Positions 20,635 to 31,284 are shown, counted from the stretch's first letter. The stretch is DNA of 64,000 nt from Candidatus Poribacteria bacterium (GCA_965116925.1 OZ220744.1:1248001-1312000); one strand, 5' to 3'. The notes: generated by a model not told the origin, from the sequence alone. A program made the numbers and translations.

Positions 20635-21144
20635 CTACTTTGATAGGAATTCATATGGATCTATCCCCGCAGATTTATAGTCAACAATCCTGATTCCTTC
20701 TGGGGGTTCCCCATTATTGAGTTGATCCATAATTTTACTACTATCATTCGGACCCGATGTCAAAACACTGCTAGCGTACCGATATATTGTGCCGTCCGGC
20801 TCTTCGTTCTGGGCCCATTCCACATAGACAACGTCGGGATAGAGTGGATAAAATATGCCATTCTCAATAACGCCACCGGTAAAATCGCGATTCCCTTCGC
20901 TCCATAACTTCACCATAACCATACTTAACAACTCCTGTTCTCTAACCAGCACAGACGGTAGCTGTGCCCGCTCTGCTGCAGGGCGCTGCCAGAAGACTTG
21001 ACGTGGATAGTCCTCGGGCACTTCAGGATACTCGAAGCCAGTAACAGATCTGTCTGCTTTCGACCCTACTATCGCGCATCCATATATCACGAAGCAAACG
21101 ACGGTTGCAATGCAGGTAATAAGAATTCTCTGGAGATATTTCAT
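20635..21144 (-). CDS. Hypothetical lipoprotein
   Basis: MKYLQR, hydrophobic stretch and lipobox-like IYGC. Confidence 0.6.
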   Translation of the reverse strand: MKYLQRILITCIATVVCFVIYGCAIVGSKADRSVTGFEYPEVPEDYPRQVFWQRPAAERAQLPSVLVREQELLSMVMVKLWSEGNRDFTGGVIENGIFYPLYPDVVYVEWAQNEEPDGTIYRYASSVLTSGPNDSSKIMDQLNNGEPPEGIRIVDYKSAGIDPYEFLSK

Positions 21145-21359
21145 GTCCTGCCCCTTCCCTTGTTGTGGTAATAATTGGTATGAGTCTATGGCTGCCGATT
21201 GACAATTGACGACTTTGATCCTCGTTGGGGTTTTTCTATTATTGAGTGGATCCATGATCACATCACTATCATTCACACTAGTTTAGTTTGTCCGATTTAA
21301 CTCTGAGTTGTCAAGTTGAAAACTCTCAGTACGGAGGAGAAATAGCCCTCGCTTTTTTA

Positions 21360-21388
21360 TTGCGATGTTGAACCCTGTGTGATAGAAT
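21360..21388 (+). promoter_or_regulatory. Sigma70-type promoter
   Basis: TTGCGA-17 bp-TAGAAT with TG extension. Confidence 0.5.
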
Positions 21389-21445
21389 CACCCGCAATTA
21401 TGGAACAATAATAACCTTATTCATTCAGACGGAAAACAATCCTCA

Positions 21446-23287
21446 ATGTTTAGAAATCAGGGAGAAGTATTGCTCCCATACCCGCGTCTCACTACCCAGA
21501 AAGAGATTGATGCCCATCGCAAAAAACTCCAGCAGTTGAAGCATAAGAACATAGCCGCGTGGCTTTTGCTGGATACCGTGACTACCGACACCCGCTTCTG
21601 GCTCAATTTTGTCGAACATACGTTTCATCAAACTGAGCGGCAAGAAACCATCCAGAACCAACTCCGGGGGTGGGCACACACCTCCCAAAGGTCCGACCGT
21701 ATCTACCTCCTTGCGGAGGCGAACGCAGACGCCCCCTGTTACGATATAACCGACTACATCCAACGTTGTGTGGACGGCGATCTCTCCATTGCAGACCGGT
21801 TAAAAGGACGAACAATCTTTCGCCTGTATCAGACAGAGACACAAGGGTATGATCTGTTAAGCCAGCAGGGTGTCGATGCGCTCGCTCTCCAGATTTTGGA
21901 AAGGTATATCCACACATTTCACGATCTGATAGAACATTCCGTGGCAGGATTCTGCTGCGAATTCCCGACATTTCTTTCTCCTCTCAAGGTGTCCGCGACT
22001 TCGATTCCTTGGAGCGATGCGTTGGGGAAAACTTTGGAACCAGAGCTACTAGCTCACCTGCCGCTAATTCATTATGAAACCTACGATTCAGCAACAATCC
22101 GCAGCCTCTTTTGGGAGCGATTAACCCAACAGTTTGCAGCGGTCTGTGTCGGAGGATTGGGGGACTTCTCCCACCAATGGGATCTACAATTTGCCATCAA
22201 CTTCCCATCAACGACGAAAGCGTTAGAGGTCGATATCGGGACAATTCTGAAAGCCGCAGACCGCCCCATCCTCAACGCAAATAAGCTGGATAAACCCAAG
22301 CCGTTTTTAATTGCAAAGCAGATTGCCAGTCGAAAACTATCGGAACGGAGCCATTTTGAATCCCCAGGAGGTTCAGGTCAAATCAGCCTATGCCGATCTG
22401 GTTCAAACGCAGATCGACTCGTTACTGATAGTGCGTTGGGATTCAATTCATGGATGAGTCATGGGGACTATAACAACAGCAAGATTGCATCAGAAGGCAA
22501 CGAGGCACATTACTTTAGTCAATTTCTATCAATCGGTGTTCCAAAAAGACCTGTTCTTGTTCTCTCTCCGATCCACAGTCTATGGACGAAACCCGATCCA
22601 AAGGGATGGAATTGGCTGGTGAAAGAATGGAGTTGGCTCTGCCAGACAGTCTGGGAGCTTGGATACGATTTTGATGTCGCCTCCGAGACGGGGCTTGCTA
22701 CGGAGGAAGTAGATAAATCCAATCGCACATTGCGCCTGAACGGAGGAGATTATTCATCGGTTTTGCTACCGCCCTGTTTAGCACTTCAGGAGGGAACAGT
22801 AGAGGTGTTGACTCAGTTTGTCAAAGCACGGGGCGGGCTAATCGCCGTAGATCCGGTCCCTTACCTGCTCAACGGTCGAATCGGCTTGGATCCCTACCCG
22901 CTTGAACGATTACTTTATCGACGACGCACCTCTATCCTACGGGGAACGGCAAACGAAAAAGTTGCAGCCCTTGAGCGATTGCTACGCAAGCGAATTAAGC
23001 TGCCGATACAGATTTACGCTAAACCCGAGAATACCCCAACCCGCGCAATCGTTGCCCAGCACCGCGAATCTGCGAATCTGGATCTGTTCTATCTATTCAA
23101 TCGCGGTGAACAACCAATCGAAACACTGATTGAAATTCAATGGGAATCAACCGTTGAGGAGTGGGATTCGACAAGTGGAGAGCGACATGCGCGATCCCAT
23201 TGGCACGCGGATGGAAAGACATACACGCAGTTATCCTTTGATTGTGGACAGGGAAGATTTATCGCTGCACGCCGAGGTGTACCATAA
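21446..23287 (+). CDS. Divergent glycoside hydrolase-like protein (GH106-like) with GATase-like domain
   Basis: IPWS, GYDFDV.SE, YSSVLLPP, FYLFN and WD..SG segments as in alpha-L-rhamnosidase-like proteins. Confidence 0.5.
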   Translation: MFRNQGEVLLPYPRLTTQKEIDAHRKKLQQLKHKNIAAWLLLDTVTTDTRFWLNFVEHTFHQTERQETIQNQLRGWAHTSQRSDRIYLLAEANADAPCYDITDYIQRCVDGDLSIADRLKGRTIFRLYQTETQGYDLLSQQGVDALALQILERYIHTFHDLIEHSVAGFCCEFPTFLSPLKVSATSIPWSDALGKTLEPELLAHLPLIHYETYDSATIRSLFWERLTQQFAAVCVGGLGDFSHQWDLQFAINFPSTTKALEVDIGTILKAADRPILNANKLDKPKPFLIAKQIASRKLSERSHFESPGGSGQISLCRSGSNADRLVTDSALGFNSWMSHGDYNNSKIASEGNEAHYFSQFLSIGVPKRPVLVLSPIHSLWTKPDPKGWNWLVKEWSWLCQTVWELGYDFDVASETGLATEEVDKSNRTLRLNGGDYSSVLLPPCLALQEGTVEVLTQFVKARGGLIAVDPVPYLLNGRIGLDPYPLERLLYRRRTSILRGTANEKVAALERLLRKRIKLPIQIYAKPENTPTRAIVAQHRESANLDLFYLFNRGEQPIETLIEIQWESTVEEWDSTSGERHARSHWHADGKTYTQLSFDCGQGRFIAARRGVP

Positions 23288-23469
23288 TGAATCTGAGTAT
23301 GCCATACTTCAACCAATGTTTTGCGCTTGTGTTTTAAGTTCTATAGTGGTATCCTAACACAAGTTGTCATAAGGTAATAGGCATATTCCGTATGCCGTAA
23401 CTGTGTACATTGAGTTGTAGGTTGGGTTGAACGGTAACCGTGAAACCCAACACCATCGGGGCAGCCATT

Positions 23470-23547
23470 TTCGCTCCAGCGGAGGACATGTCTATAGAAA
23501 ATGATGCGTCCATCTCTCGCGCTCTAGCGGAGCGCAATGTATAGAGA
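23470..23547 (+). repeat. Repeat family E (GCTCCAGNGGAGC hairpin + ATGTCTATAG), two units
   Basis: Homologous to 41778-41895 and 44505-44575. Confidence 0.7.
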
Positions 23548-23605
23548 GCGTTAGTTTAATGAACTAATAAACCTACAAATCCCTAGTGGGACGAAGCAAC
23601 TGAAT

Positions 23606-23713
23606 TATAGTGAATTCAAAAAATAAAGAAACACGTGCGCCCCCCATGTTTGGTAGGCACTGTTTCCAATTGCGCCGGTTCAGAGTGTCCCATTAATTCT
23701 AAAATCTACTATA
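23606..23713 (+). mobile_element. MITE family A (TATAGTGAATTC...TAAAATCTACTATA)
   Basis: One of seven copies in the window; TA-bounded imperfect TIRs. Confidence 0.85.
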
Positions 23714-23740
23714 AAATAATCAATCCAAAGGAGTGTATTA

Positions 23741-25315
23741 ATGACAGGAGGAGAACTTTTTGTCGAATGTTTGAAAGCACAAGGCGTTAAGGACATTTTT
23801 GGCATACCGGGCGGACATTTAGATCCGGTTTATGAATCACTCTACAAAAATCGCGATACAATTCGCCACTATGTGGGTCGCCATGAGGGAGGGTGTGCTT
23901 TCATGGCGGATGGATATGCCCGCACGACTGGCGAAGTCGGTGTATGTATGACCGTGCCGGGACCCGGCGCAGCCAACGCTGCAATCGGGATTGGTGAAGC
24001 ATACACGGCTTGCTCGCCGGTGCTGCTGGTCACCGGACAAAATCCCTCCCATCTTGCCAAGAAAGATCCGGGGAAGATGTTTCACGGTTTAGACCAGAAA
24101 GCCGCGTTTGCGACAATGACGAAGCACATAGAGCTTGTCCACAATATCCGAGAAATCCCCGGTGCCGTCAACCGAGCCTTCGGCGCATTACGGTCAGGAC
24201 GACCCCGACCCGTTTTAATCGAGCTTGCCACTGATGCGTTACATGCAGAGGTGGACGACTCCGACGTATTCATTCCACCGATGAACAAAGGACTCCGACC
24301 AGGAGCAAGTCCGGAGGAGATTGATGAGGCTATTCAGCTAATCCAGAGAGCGGAACGTCCATTTATTTTCGCAGGCGGCGGGATCTGCCATACACGAGCA
24401 ACGGAAGAGCTACTTGAATTTGCGAGACTGCTCAACGCACCTGTCGCAACGAGCGCGAAGGCAAAGGGGGCAATCCCTGAAGATTCACCATACTCACTGC
24501 GTGTTTTCAACAATCCCACCACGCACAGGGCGTTGAAGGAATCTGATTTGATGATTGCCATCGGTACGCGCTTTACCTACCGGGACACAGGCAACTGGTC
24601 GCTGAAGATTAACCAACCGCTGCTGCACATCGAAGCGGATCCCGCAGAGATTAATCGGGACTATCCCGCCGCCGTTGGAATTAGTGCGAATCCGAAGGTG
24701 GTCTTGCAGCAACTGAATACTGAACTTAAAGAGAGGACAGAGGGTTGGGGTGAGCGATTGCACGAATTACACAGACAGGCGGCTTATGCGGAACGTTCAC
24801 CCATTATTGAACAACTCCGCGCTGCAATGCCCCTTGATGCTATTTTGAGCGTTGATGTCAATATCACCGGATATGCTGCGACGCAAGACTTCACGGTTTA
24901 CGGACCAGGCATGTATATCTGGTCCGGAATTTCCGTTGCGATGGGAATTGGATTGACAGGGGCAATCGGTGCACAAGTTGCCCATCCAGATCGTAAAGTG
25001 GTTGCCCTCTGCGGCGACGGTGGTTTCCTGATGAACAGTCCGGAGCTAGCAACAGCTGTGAAGTATAATCTGCCAGTCGTCACAATCGTCATGAACGATA
25101 ACACCTTCAGCTCAATCGCACGGACTCAGGTCGATCGGTTCGGGACAGGGTTAGGCGTCGATGTGGTCAATCCCGATTTCGTCAAATTTGCGGAATCGTT
25201 CGGTGCGGTCGGCTTTTGCGTCGAAGATGAAGCGGATTTCAAACCGACAGTCGATAAAGCGTTGACGCTGGACAAGCCTTCCCTGATTGAGGTTGTCAAA
25301 CATAAGCAATATTAA
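23741..25315 (+). CDS. ThDP-binding protein, acetolactate synthase-like
   Basis: FGIPG, RHEG..FMADGYAR, GPG..N and GDGGF..NDN motifs. Confidence 0.9.
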   Translation: MTGGELFVECLKAQGVKDIFGIPGGHLDPVYESLYKNRDTIRHYVGRHEGGCAFMADGYARTTGEVGVCMTVPGPGAANAAIGIGEAYTACSPVLLVTGQNPSHLAKKDPGKMFHGLDQKAAFATMTKHIELVHNIREIPGAVNRAFGALRSGRPRPVLIELATDALHAEVDDSDVFIPPMNKGLRPGASPEEIDEAIQLIQRAERPFIFAGGGICHTRATEELLEFARLLNAPVATSAKAKGAIPEDSPYSLRVFNNPTTHRALKESDLMIAIGTRFTYRDTGNWSLKINQPLLHIEADPAEINRDYPAAVGISANPKVVLQQLNTELKERTEGWGERLHELHRQAAYAERSPIIEQLRAAMPLDAILSVDVNITGYAATQDFTVYGPGMYIWSGISVAMGIGLTGAIGAQVAHPDRKVVALCGDGGFLMNSPELATAVKYNLPVVTIVMNDNTFSSIARTQVDRFGTGLGVDVVNPDFVKFAESFGAVGFCVEDEADFKPTVDKALTLDKPSLIEVVKHKQY

Positions 25316-25463
25316 TTCAAATCGCTTTGGAGTCAAGTCCTATCAAGGAAACGTGAGGGATAGTGCATAACGGGTAATGCGTGAGCCGCCTACCTTTACA
25401 TATTACGCATTACTCGTTATATATGCATTACAATAAAAAAAGATGTATTAGTTCAACCTCCCC

Positions 25464-26564
25464 ATGAACCTGCCAGATCCTCCACAAGTAATCGAACAGA
25501 TTGCTGCATATCTCCATATTTCACCGGATCAGATAAAATGCGTCCCGATCCGACACGGCACGCTCGAAAGAAACAACGTCTGGCGGCTAACGGCGATGGG
25601 GCGCACTTACCTTCTTAAACAACATCTGATAACCCAGCCAGTCGGTGAATCTACCTTTACGCCATTTCAGATCGAATCCGTGGTGCTCTTGAGGTTGCAT
25701 CAGGCGGGCTGCCGTGTGCCAGAGCTTTATTGGTGGTCAGATGCAGCGAGCTGTTTACTCATGGAATGGTGCGGGGATACGACGCTTGATGACCTTGCCC
25801 AAGAAACGCCAACTGATAAGCTGAAGCCGATTGTTGAAAACACCATCCGAGCGTTCTGTCAACTGGAGGCGGGATTCGCCAAAACTGCCCACGCGCTCAA
25901 TCCCTACATATACCCCCTCGACTATTCGGTGTTTTTACAGGATATGCTGCAGACGCTATTGGATCAGGGGAGAAAAACCCTCGACTATTTAGCATGGATG
26001 AAGGGCGAGCCAATGCCCGCCGATCGAGCAGCAAGGCTTGACGCAATTTGGGAGCGGATGTCAAATTGCTTGCATCGCGCAACGCCAACGCTGGGCACTT
26101 TGGATTATAACGCACGGAACATCGTAGTAAATGGAGAAACTCCAACCTTCATCGATTTTGGGGGGATCGGTTGGGATTGGAGTGAGCGGCGTCTGGTGCA
26201 ATCACTCAACAGCCTAAGCGCAAATCGGACAAACGGGAATTTTGTCAGTTTGTTAAACCGGGGAATCGTGGAGGAATACGCAGAGCAAATCGCCGAATAT
26301 CGTGAGGACTGGTCAAAAGCGGAGATTGCCGCACAAGTTGATTGCCACCAACTGCTCTTTTACCTGTCGGTCGTCCATCGACTCCTCCAATCGACAGCGC
26401 AACCGGAGACAGCAGAAAGCAAAGCCACCCTACAGGCATGGGGCAACCCAAAAGCGAGATTTCAACACGCTTTAACGCTCCTCACCGATTCTCACTTGAG
26501 TGAGGACACTGATGCCGCACACCTCCGAGAATCCATCGCCGCTTTTAGGGAGGCATCAAACTAG
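25464..26564 (+). CDS. Aminoglycoside phosphotransferase/choline kinase-like protein
   Basis: YLLK, LLMEW.G, DYNARN and FIDF kinase-fold motifs. Confidence 0.7.
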   Translation: MNLPDPPQVIEQIAAYLHISPDQIKCVPIRHGTLERNNVWRLTAMGRTYLLKQHLITQPVGESTFTPFQIESVVLLRLHQAGCRVPELYWWSDAASCLLMEWCGDTTLDDLAQETPTDKLKPIVENTIRAFCQLEAGFAKTAHALNPYIYPLDYSVFLQDMLQTLLDQGRKTLDYLAWMKGEPMPADRAARLDAIWERMSNCLHRATPTLGTLDYNARNIVVNGETPTFIDFGGIGWDWSERRLVQSLNSLSANRTNGNFVSLLNRGIVEEYAEQIAEYREDWSKAEIAAQVDCHQLLFYLSVVHRLLQSTAQPETAESKATLQAWGNPKARFQHALTLLTDSHLSEDTDAAHLRESIAAFREASN

Positions 26565-26568
26565 AACA

Positions 26569-26933
26569 ACGCAAGTTGCTAGCAGCCTATTGCTTTGAAT
26601 GCCAATCTGATTGGTGCTCCCTATACCCTAACCTCGCTCCGTATTCATAAGTTCCCTAACCTGTGAAATGAACCAATGAACTAATGAACTAACACGGTCG
26701 TATCAGGACGACATGCGTTTAGGATTAGGCTCATGTAAAAAGAAAGTGCAAAACGCGAAGCGAAATCGTAGGGGCGGGGTCTCCCCGCCCGTGGCACATC
26801 CCGCCTGTCCCGATTCATCGGGGATTTATCGGGGTAGTAAGGGTTGGGGGACCCAACCCCTACAAAGATTCGATTGCCGTTGCACGCTTTCTTAACATGA
26901 GTTTAGAATTATAACGCAACTAGCAACTTAGGT
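26569..26933. mobile_element. MITE family D enclosing a family C element
   Basis: Ends ACGCAAGTTGCTAG / CTAGCAACTTAGGT. Confidence 0.7.
26728..26903. mobile_element. MITE family C
   Basis: Ends GGCTCATGTAAAAAG / CTTAACATGAGTT; 8-bp flanks TAGGATTA / TAGAATTA. Confidence 0.8.
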
Positions 26934-26942
26934 TATCATAGC

Positions 26943-27824
26943 TTACCACGTCCGTTCCTTCAATAACTCTTCGATAGCATCTCTCGGTACTGGCAGCTCA
27001 TCAATATGGTCCTCCAACCAGTCAGAGAAATCTTTCTCGATGTCGTCCGTCCATCGCGCGTCGATCTGGCCCGGCGTGTATTTACCTTCGCTCAAGCGGG
27101 TTTTCCCGAACTGATCCCTCAGACGAACAAGCTCAGAGGTTCTCACAACCGTCTCCGCAAGATGCGGTGGAATAAAAATAACCCCATCCTCTTTTCCGAG
27201 GACAACATCCCCCGGCATCACCGTCGCCTGACCGATCCGTATCGGCGTATTGACCCCCGTTAGCATAATCGTCGGTGAAGCATAGGTTGGGCTCCATCCC
27301 CTGACAAAACTGGTAAAACCGGGAATTTCCTTGATACCGTCCAAGTCACGCACAGCGGCATCGTGGACGACACCATTGCCGGATTTCGCGTGGATGGCGA
27401 TTGCAAGGTTGTCACCAATAACGGGACCTTCCTCAACCTTCCCGAAAACATCGGCGACATAGACATCGCCTTGAACTAGCATGTCGATGGGCCAAGAGAT
27501 TTGGTCCCCGACGCAGCCACACCTGTCCCCCTTCTCCTCCATCAGCGTTCGCATCGCCGGGCGTCTGGGCATATAGACCGCCGTCAACGCCCTACCAACA
27601 AGCACGCCGTCCGGGTGTGTACATTGCCAATTGCCTTCATACTGCCACTGGTATCCGTTACCTCGCAGAGTGCCCCACGCTTGGGTTACCGATACACTTT
27701 TCATCCGTTCGATGATATCATCCGAAACCTTCGGACGACCGTCCGGAAATCGTTCTCCCTGCCACTCGTGAGTATACTCAATCATCTCATCTCGTGTCAG
27801 ATTCAGCGGTGCAAATTTTTCCAT
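26943..27824 (-). CDS. RraA / HMG aldolase family protein
   Basis: LVGRALTA, IGDNLA, VRD and VMPGDVVLG..DGVIFIP motifs; GGAGGAG RBS. Confidence 0.85.
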   Translation of the reverse strand: MEKFAPLNLTRDEMIEYTHEWQGERFPDGRPKVSDDIIERMKSVSVTQAWGTLRGNGYQWQYEGNWQCTHPDGVLVGRALTAVYMPRRPAMRTLMEEKGDRCGCVGDQISWPIDMLVQGDVYVADVFGKVEEGPVIGDNLAIAIHAKSGNGVVHDAAVRDLDGIKEIPGFTSFVRGWSPTYASPTIMLTGVNTPIRIGQATVMPGDVVLGKEDGVIFIPPHLAETVVRTSELVRLRDQFGKTRLSEGKYTPGQIDARWTDDIEKDFSDWLEDHIDELPVPRDAIEELLKERTW

Positions 27825-27855
27825 CGTCATCTCCTCCCAAAAATATAAAGTCAAT

Positions 27856-28052
27856 CGCCCATGTTAAGAAAGCGTGAAACAGAAACCGAGTTTTTTCTTC
27901 AAAACTCGGTTTCTGTTCGGATTTGCACTGTCTTTTTTTCGCCCTGTGGGTTGGGCTTGCCAGTCCGACTGCCCTAACGAACGAATGGTTTTCACGTTTC
28001 ACGCATCACGTTTCACGTTTTTTGTGCTTTGCACTTTCTTTTTATATGAGCC
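27856..28052. mobile_element. MITE family C with perfect 8-bp target duplication
   Basis: AAGTCAAT at 27848-27855 and 28053-28060. Confidence 0.88.
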
Positions 28053-28068
28053 AAGTCAATATATTCGC

Positions 28069-28097
28069 ATTATAGTGGACAGTCCCAATAAAATCAA
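28069..28097 (-). promoter_or_regulatory. Sigma70-type promoter for the RraA-family gene
   Basis: TTGATT-17 bp-TATAAT on the minus strand. Confidence 0.55.
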
Positions 28098-28173
28098 GAC
28101 GACAATTCAGTTTTTTCGACTAGAACCTCTTGGAAGAGAGATCTCCGAATTCCGATACTTTACTAGGGCTATT

Positions 28174-28275
28174 TATAGTGAATTCAAAAAATAAAGAAAC
28201 ACTTGCGCCCCCCGGTGGGTACGGTTTGTAACCGCACCGGTTTGGCGTGTCCCATTAATTCTAAAATCTACTATA
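28174..28275 (+). mobile_element. MITE family A
   Basis: TATAGTGAATTC...TAAAATCTACTATA with internal GGTACGGTTTGTAACCGCACC hairpin. Confidence 0.85.
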
Positions 28276-28605
28276 ATTTTCCATTTTTTGACCGATTTCG
28301 GGATGACACGAATCCGCAGGCGGGGCAGCCGGTCTCCCCACAGTTTGTAGTAGCGCGTTCATTGCGCGTTCTTGTGCCAACTGTCCATAGCATCTTTTAT
28401 CCGTGTAATCTGTTAATCCGCGTCTATCCGTGATTCAGACAATAATATGGGAAAATTAAATGACCCTAATACTTCACTGTAGGTGCTTGCATAAATTCCT
28501 TAAATAGTTGTATAATTTTAGTAAGGCAAGGGTTTCCTAAACAATCTGACCTTTATCGCCCCCAAAGAACAGAAAAGTGATTTGAGAGCAGAGGAGGCAT
28601 AACAA

Positions 28606-29553
28606 ATGCAACGAAGATACAATCTCACACATTTGATTTTAGCCGGCGTTGTCGTCTTGGGTCTAACGCCGCTGATGGCGGTCGTAGACGCACAAGGACG
28701 AATTGCCTTCATGTCTGATAGGGATTGGAACTGGGAAATCTACGTGATGGACGCCGATGGGGGCAATCTGCAGAACCTCACTAACAATCCTGGTGCTGAT
28801 AGGGACCCCTCATGGTCACCGGACGCTAAACGCATTGCCTTTACTTCCGGTAGGGAGTGGAACCGGCAAATCTACGTCATGGACGCCGATGGAGGCAATC
28901 CGCAAAACCTTTCTAACAACGACTCTGATGAATGGGATCCTTCATGGTCGCCGGATGGTAAACGCATTCTCTTTGTTTCCACGGTGGACATCTACGTGAT
29001 GGATGCCGATGGAGACAACCCCAGAAACCTCACCCATGGCCGCCGCCTGAATGAATGGGCCCCCTCATGGTCTCCGGACGGTCAACACATTGTCTTTGTT
29101 GGCATTGGAGCGGATGTGGGCTCGGACATCTACGTGATGGACGCCGATGGAGCGAATCCGCGAAACCTCACTAACAATCCTGATGCTGATAGAGACCCCT
29201 CATGGTCCCCTAACGGTAAGCGTATTGCTTTTTCGTCCACGAGGAATGGGCAAACAGACATCTATGTGATGGACGCCGATGGGGGTAATGAGCAAAACAT
29301 CACCAATCATCCCGATAAGGACTGGCATCCCTCATGGTCGCCGGACAGTGAACGGATTGCCTTCGTGTCGAGTCGGACGAGGGATTTGAATCGGGACATC
29401 TACGTAATGGACGCCGATGGAGCGAATCCGCGAAACATCACCAATCATCTTGAGGATGACGAAGATCCTGCATGGCTTAACCCTGTGCTTTCAGTTGCTC
29501 CCGTAGGCAAAAAATTCACGACATGGGGATGGCTGAAACAGGTTGACCGATAA
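28606..29553 (+). CDS. Secreted TolB-like (PD40) six-bladed propeller, paralog 1
   Basis: Signal peptide; six IYVMDADG..LT..PSWSPDG repeats; C-terminal VAPVGKKFTTWGWLK. Confidence 0.9.
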   Translation: MQRRYNLTHLILAGVVVLGLTPLMAVVDAQGRIAFMSDRDWNWEIYVMDADGGNLQNLTNNPGADRDPSWSPDAKRIAFTSGREWNRQIYVMDADGGNPQNLSNNDSDEWDPSWSPDGKRILFVSTVDIYVMDADGDNPRNLTHGRRLNEWAPSWSPDGQHIVFVGIGADVGSDIYVMDADGANPRNLTNNPDADRDPSWSPNGKRIAFSSTRNGQTDIYVMDADGGNEQNITNHPDKDWHPSWSPDSERIAFVSSRTRDLNRDIYVMDADGANPRNITNHLEDDEDPAWLNPVLSVAPVGKKFTTWGWLKQVDR

Positions 29554-29562
29554 CTGCCATTT

Positions 29563-30063
29563 TATGGTGAATACCAAAAACAGATAGGCACTTTCGCCCC
29601 TCGGTTTCGATCCTGATTTATCGGGGCCGGTAGGTGCGGTTTCCTAACCGCACCGGTTTGGAGTGTCTAGGGCGTGTTGACATTTTGAAGCTGCTCATTC
29701 GGCAGACGCTGTAATCATCAGGCAATCTGACAAATGTAGCGCAAACTGTTAGTTTGCAGACTCGGATACCAATCTAACAGATCGGGGGACAAAAGGAGAT
29801 TGTAGGTCGAGATTCATATCTCGACAAAATACACACCGTGGCGTACAACAAGCCGGGTTCATTGAGCAAAAACTATCGCATGATGTGCTACGGGGTGTCG
29901 ATTTTGGAAAATCGACCTACAGAAATCCGAAGCTATATCTAGTGTGTGAATAAAGGGGTGGGAGACCCAACCCCTACGAGGAGCTATGTGTCTGTATGCC
30001 CTCTTGATTATCTGATTGCGCTGAAATGTCAACAGAACCTAAGTAATTATAAAATCTACTATA
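29563..30063 (+). mobile_element. MITE family A interrupted by a family B element
   Basis: Removing 29670-30041 restores the 32-bp right end of family A. Confidence 0.8.
29670..30039 (+). mobile_element. MITE family B (370 bp)
   Basis: TIRs GGGCGTGTTGACATTT / AAATGTCAACAGAACC, flanked by TA; homologs at ~44560-44862 and 33846-33934 (minus strand). Confidence 0.8.
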
Positions 30064-30147
30064 ATTGCAAAGAGTTTGCCAACCCAAGCTGACCGCTATT
30101 ACCCCAAAGAATAATAAACCGATTTGACAACAGAGGAGGAATAACAG

Positions 30148-31176
30148 ATGCAACGGAGATATAATCTCGCCCATTTGATTTTAGCTAATGTGGTAGTCTT
30201 CGTACTGACACCGTTGATGATAGCCGTTGCGGCACAGGCACGGATTGTCTTCCAGTCTAATAGGGATGGGCATGTCCACCCCAGATTCGGTTGGACCTCT
30301 TTTGAAATCTATGTGATGGAGGTTGATGGGAACAATCAGCGTAGACTCACCAATAATCCCAATTGGGACACACAGCCCTCATGGTCTCCTGACGGTAAAC
30401 GGATTGCATTCAGGTCTGATAGGGATGGGAACGACGAAATCTACGTGATGGACGCCGATGGGGGCAATCCTCAAAACCTCACTAACAATCCCAATAGTGA
30501 TTCGTCTCCCTCATGGTCTCCTGACGGTGAACGGATTGTCTTCTCGTCTGATAGGGATGGGAATAGGGATGGGAACCGGGAAAACTATGAAATCTACGTG
30601 ATGGACAACGATGGGAACAATCAGCACAGACTCACTGACAACGGTTTTTTTGACACAGCTCCCTCATGCTCCCCTGACGGTAAACGGATTGCATTCAGGT
30701 CTCGGCGGGATGGGCACTTTATAGGCGAATTTGGACTCACTTATGAAATCTACGTGATGGACATCGATGGGGGGAATGAACAGAGGCTCACTGAAAATCG
30801 TAAGGCAGATTCGTCTCCCTCATGGTCTCCTGACGGTAAATGGATTGTCTTCTCGGCTGATAGGAAGGGAGACGGTGTAAACTATGAAATCTACGTGATG
30901 GACGCCGATGGGAACAACCAGCGTAGACTCACCAATAATCGCCATCATGACAAAACTCCCTCATGGTCGTCTGACGGCAAACGTATTGTCTTTTCGTCTT
31001 ATAGGGATGGGAACGCAGAAATCTACGTGATGGATGCCGATGGGGGGAATCAACAAAAACTTACCAATAATCCCCATCTTGACGGTGCTCCTGCGTGGTT
31101 TGGTCCTGCCTTTGCAGTTGCTCCCACAGGCAAAAAATTCACGACATGGGGACGGCTGAAACAGGTTGACCGATAA
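30148..31176 (+). CDS. Secreted TolB-like (PD40) propeller, paralog 2
   Basis: Six repeats; C-terminal VAPTGKKFTTWGRLK. Confidence 0.9.
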   Translation: MQRRYNLAHLILANVVVFVLTPLMIAVAAQARIVFQSNRDGHVHPRFGWTSFEIYVMEVDGNNQRRLTNNPNWDTQPSWSPDGKRIAFRSDRDGNDEIYVMDADGGNPQNLTNNPNSDSSPSWSPDGERIVFSSDRDGNRDGNRENYEIYVMDNDGNNQHRLTDNGFFDTAPSCSPDGKRIAFRSRRDGHFIGEFGLTYEIYVMDIDGGNEQRLTENRKADSSPSWSPDGKWIVFSADRKGDGVNYEIYVMDADGNNQRRLTNNRHHDKTPSWSSDGKRIVFSSYRDGNAEIYVMDADGGNQQKLTNNPHLDGAPAWFGPAFAVAPTGKKFTTWGRLKQVDR

Positions 31177-31192
31177 CTATTATTATTAAGAA

Positions 31193-31284
31193 GGCTCATG
31201 TAAAAAGAAAATGCAAAACATGAAGAGAAACCGAGTTTTTTCTTGAAAACTCGGTTTCTTTGCACTAAAATCTTAACATGAGCG
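31193..31284. mobile_element. MITE family C with GAAACCGAGTTTT..AAAACTCGGTTTC hairpin
   Basis: Ends GGCTCATGTAAAAAG / CTTAACATGAGCG. Confidence 0.8.

Noticed and set aside
27787..28433. Short ORFs with KPSFFFKTRFL- or PVGTVCNRTG-type peptides (also near 26713, 31265, 33410, 58643)
   Set aside because: These are translations of repeat elements, not genes
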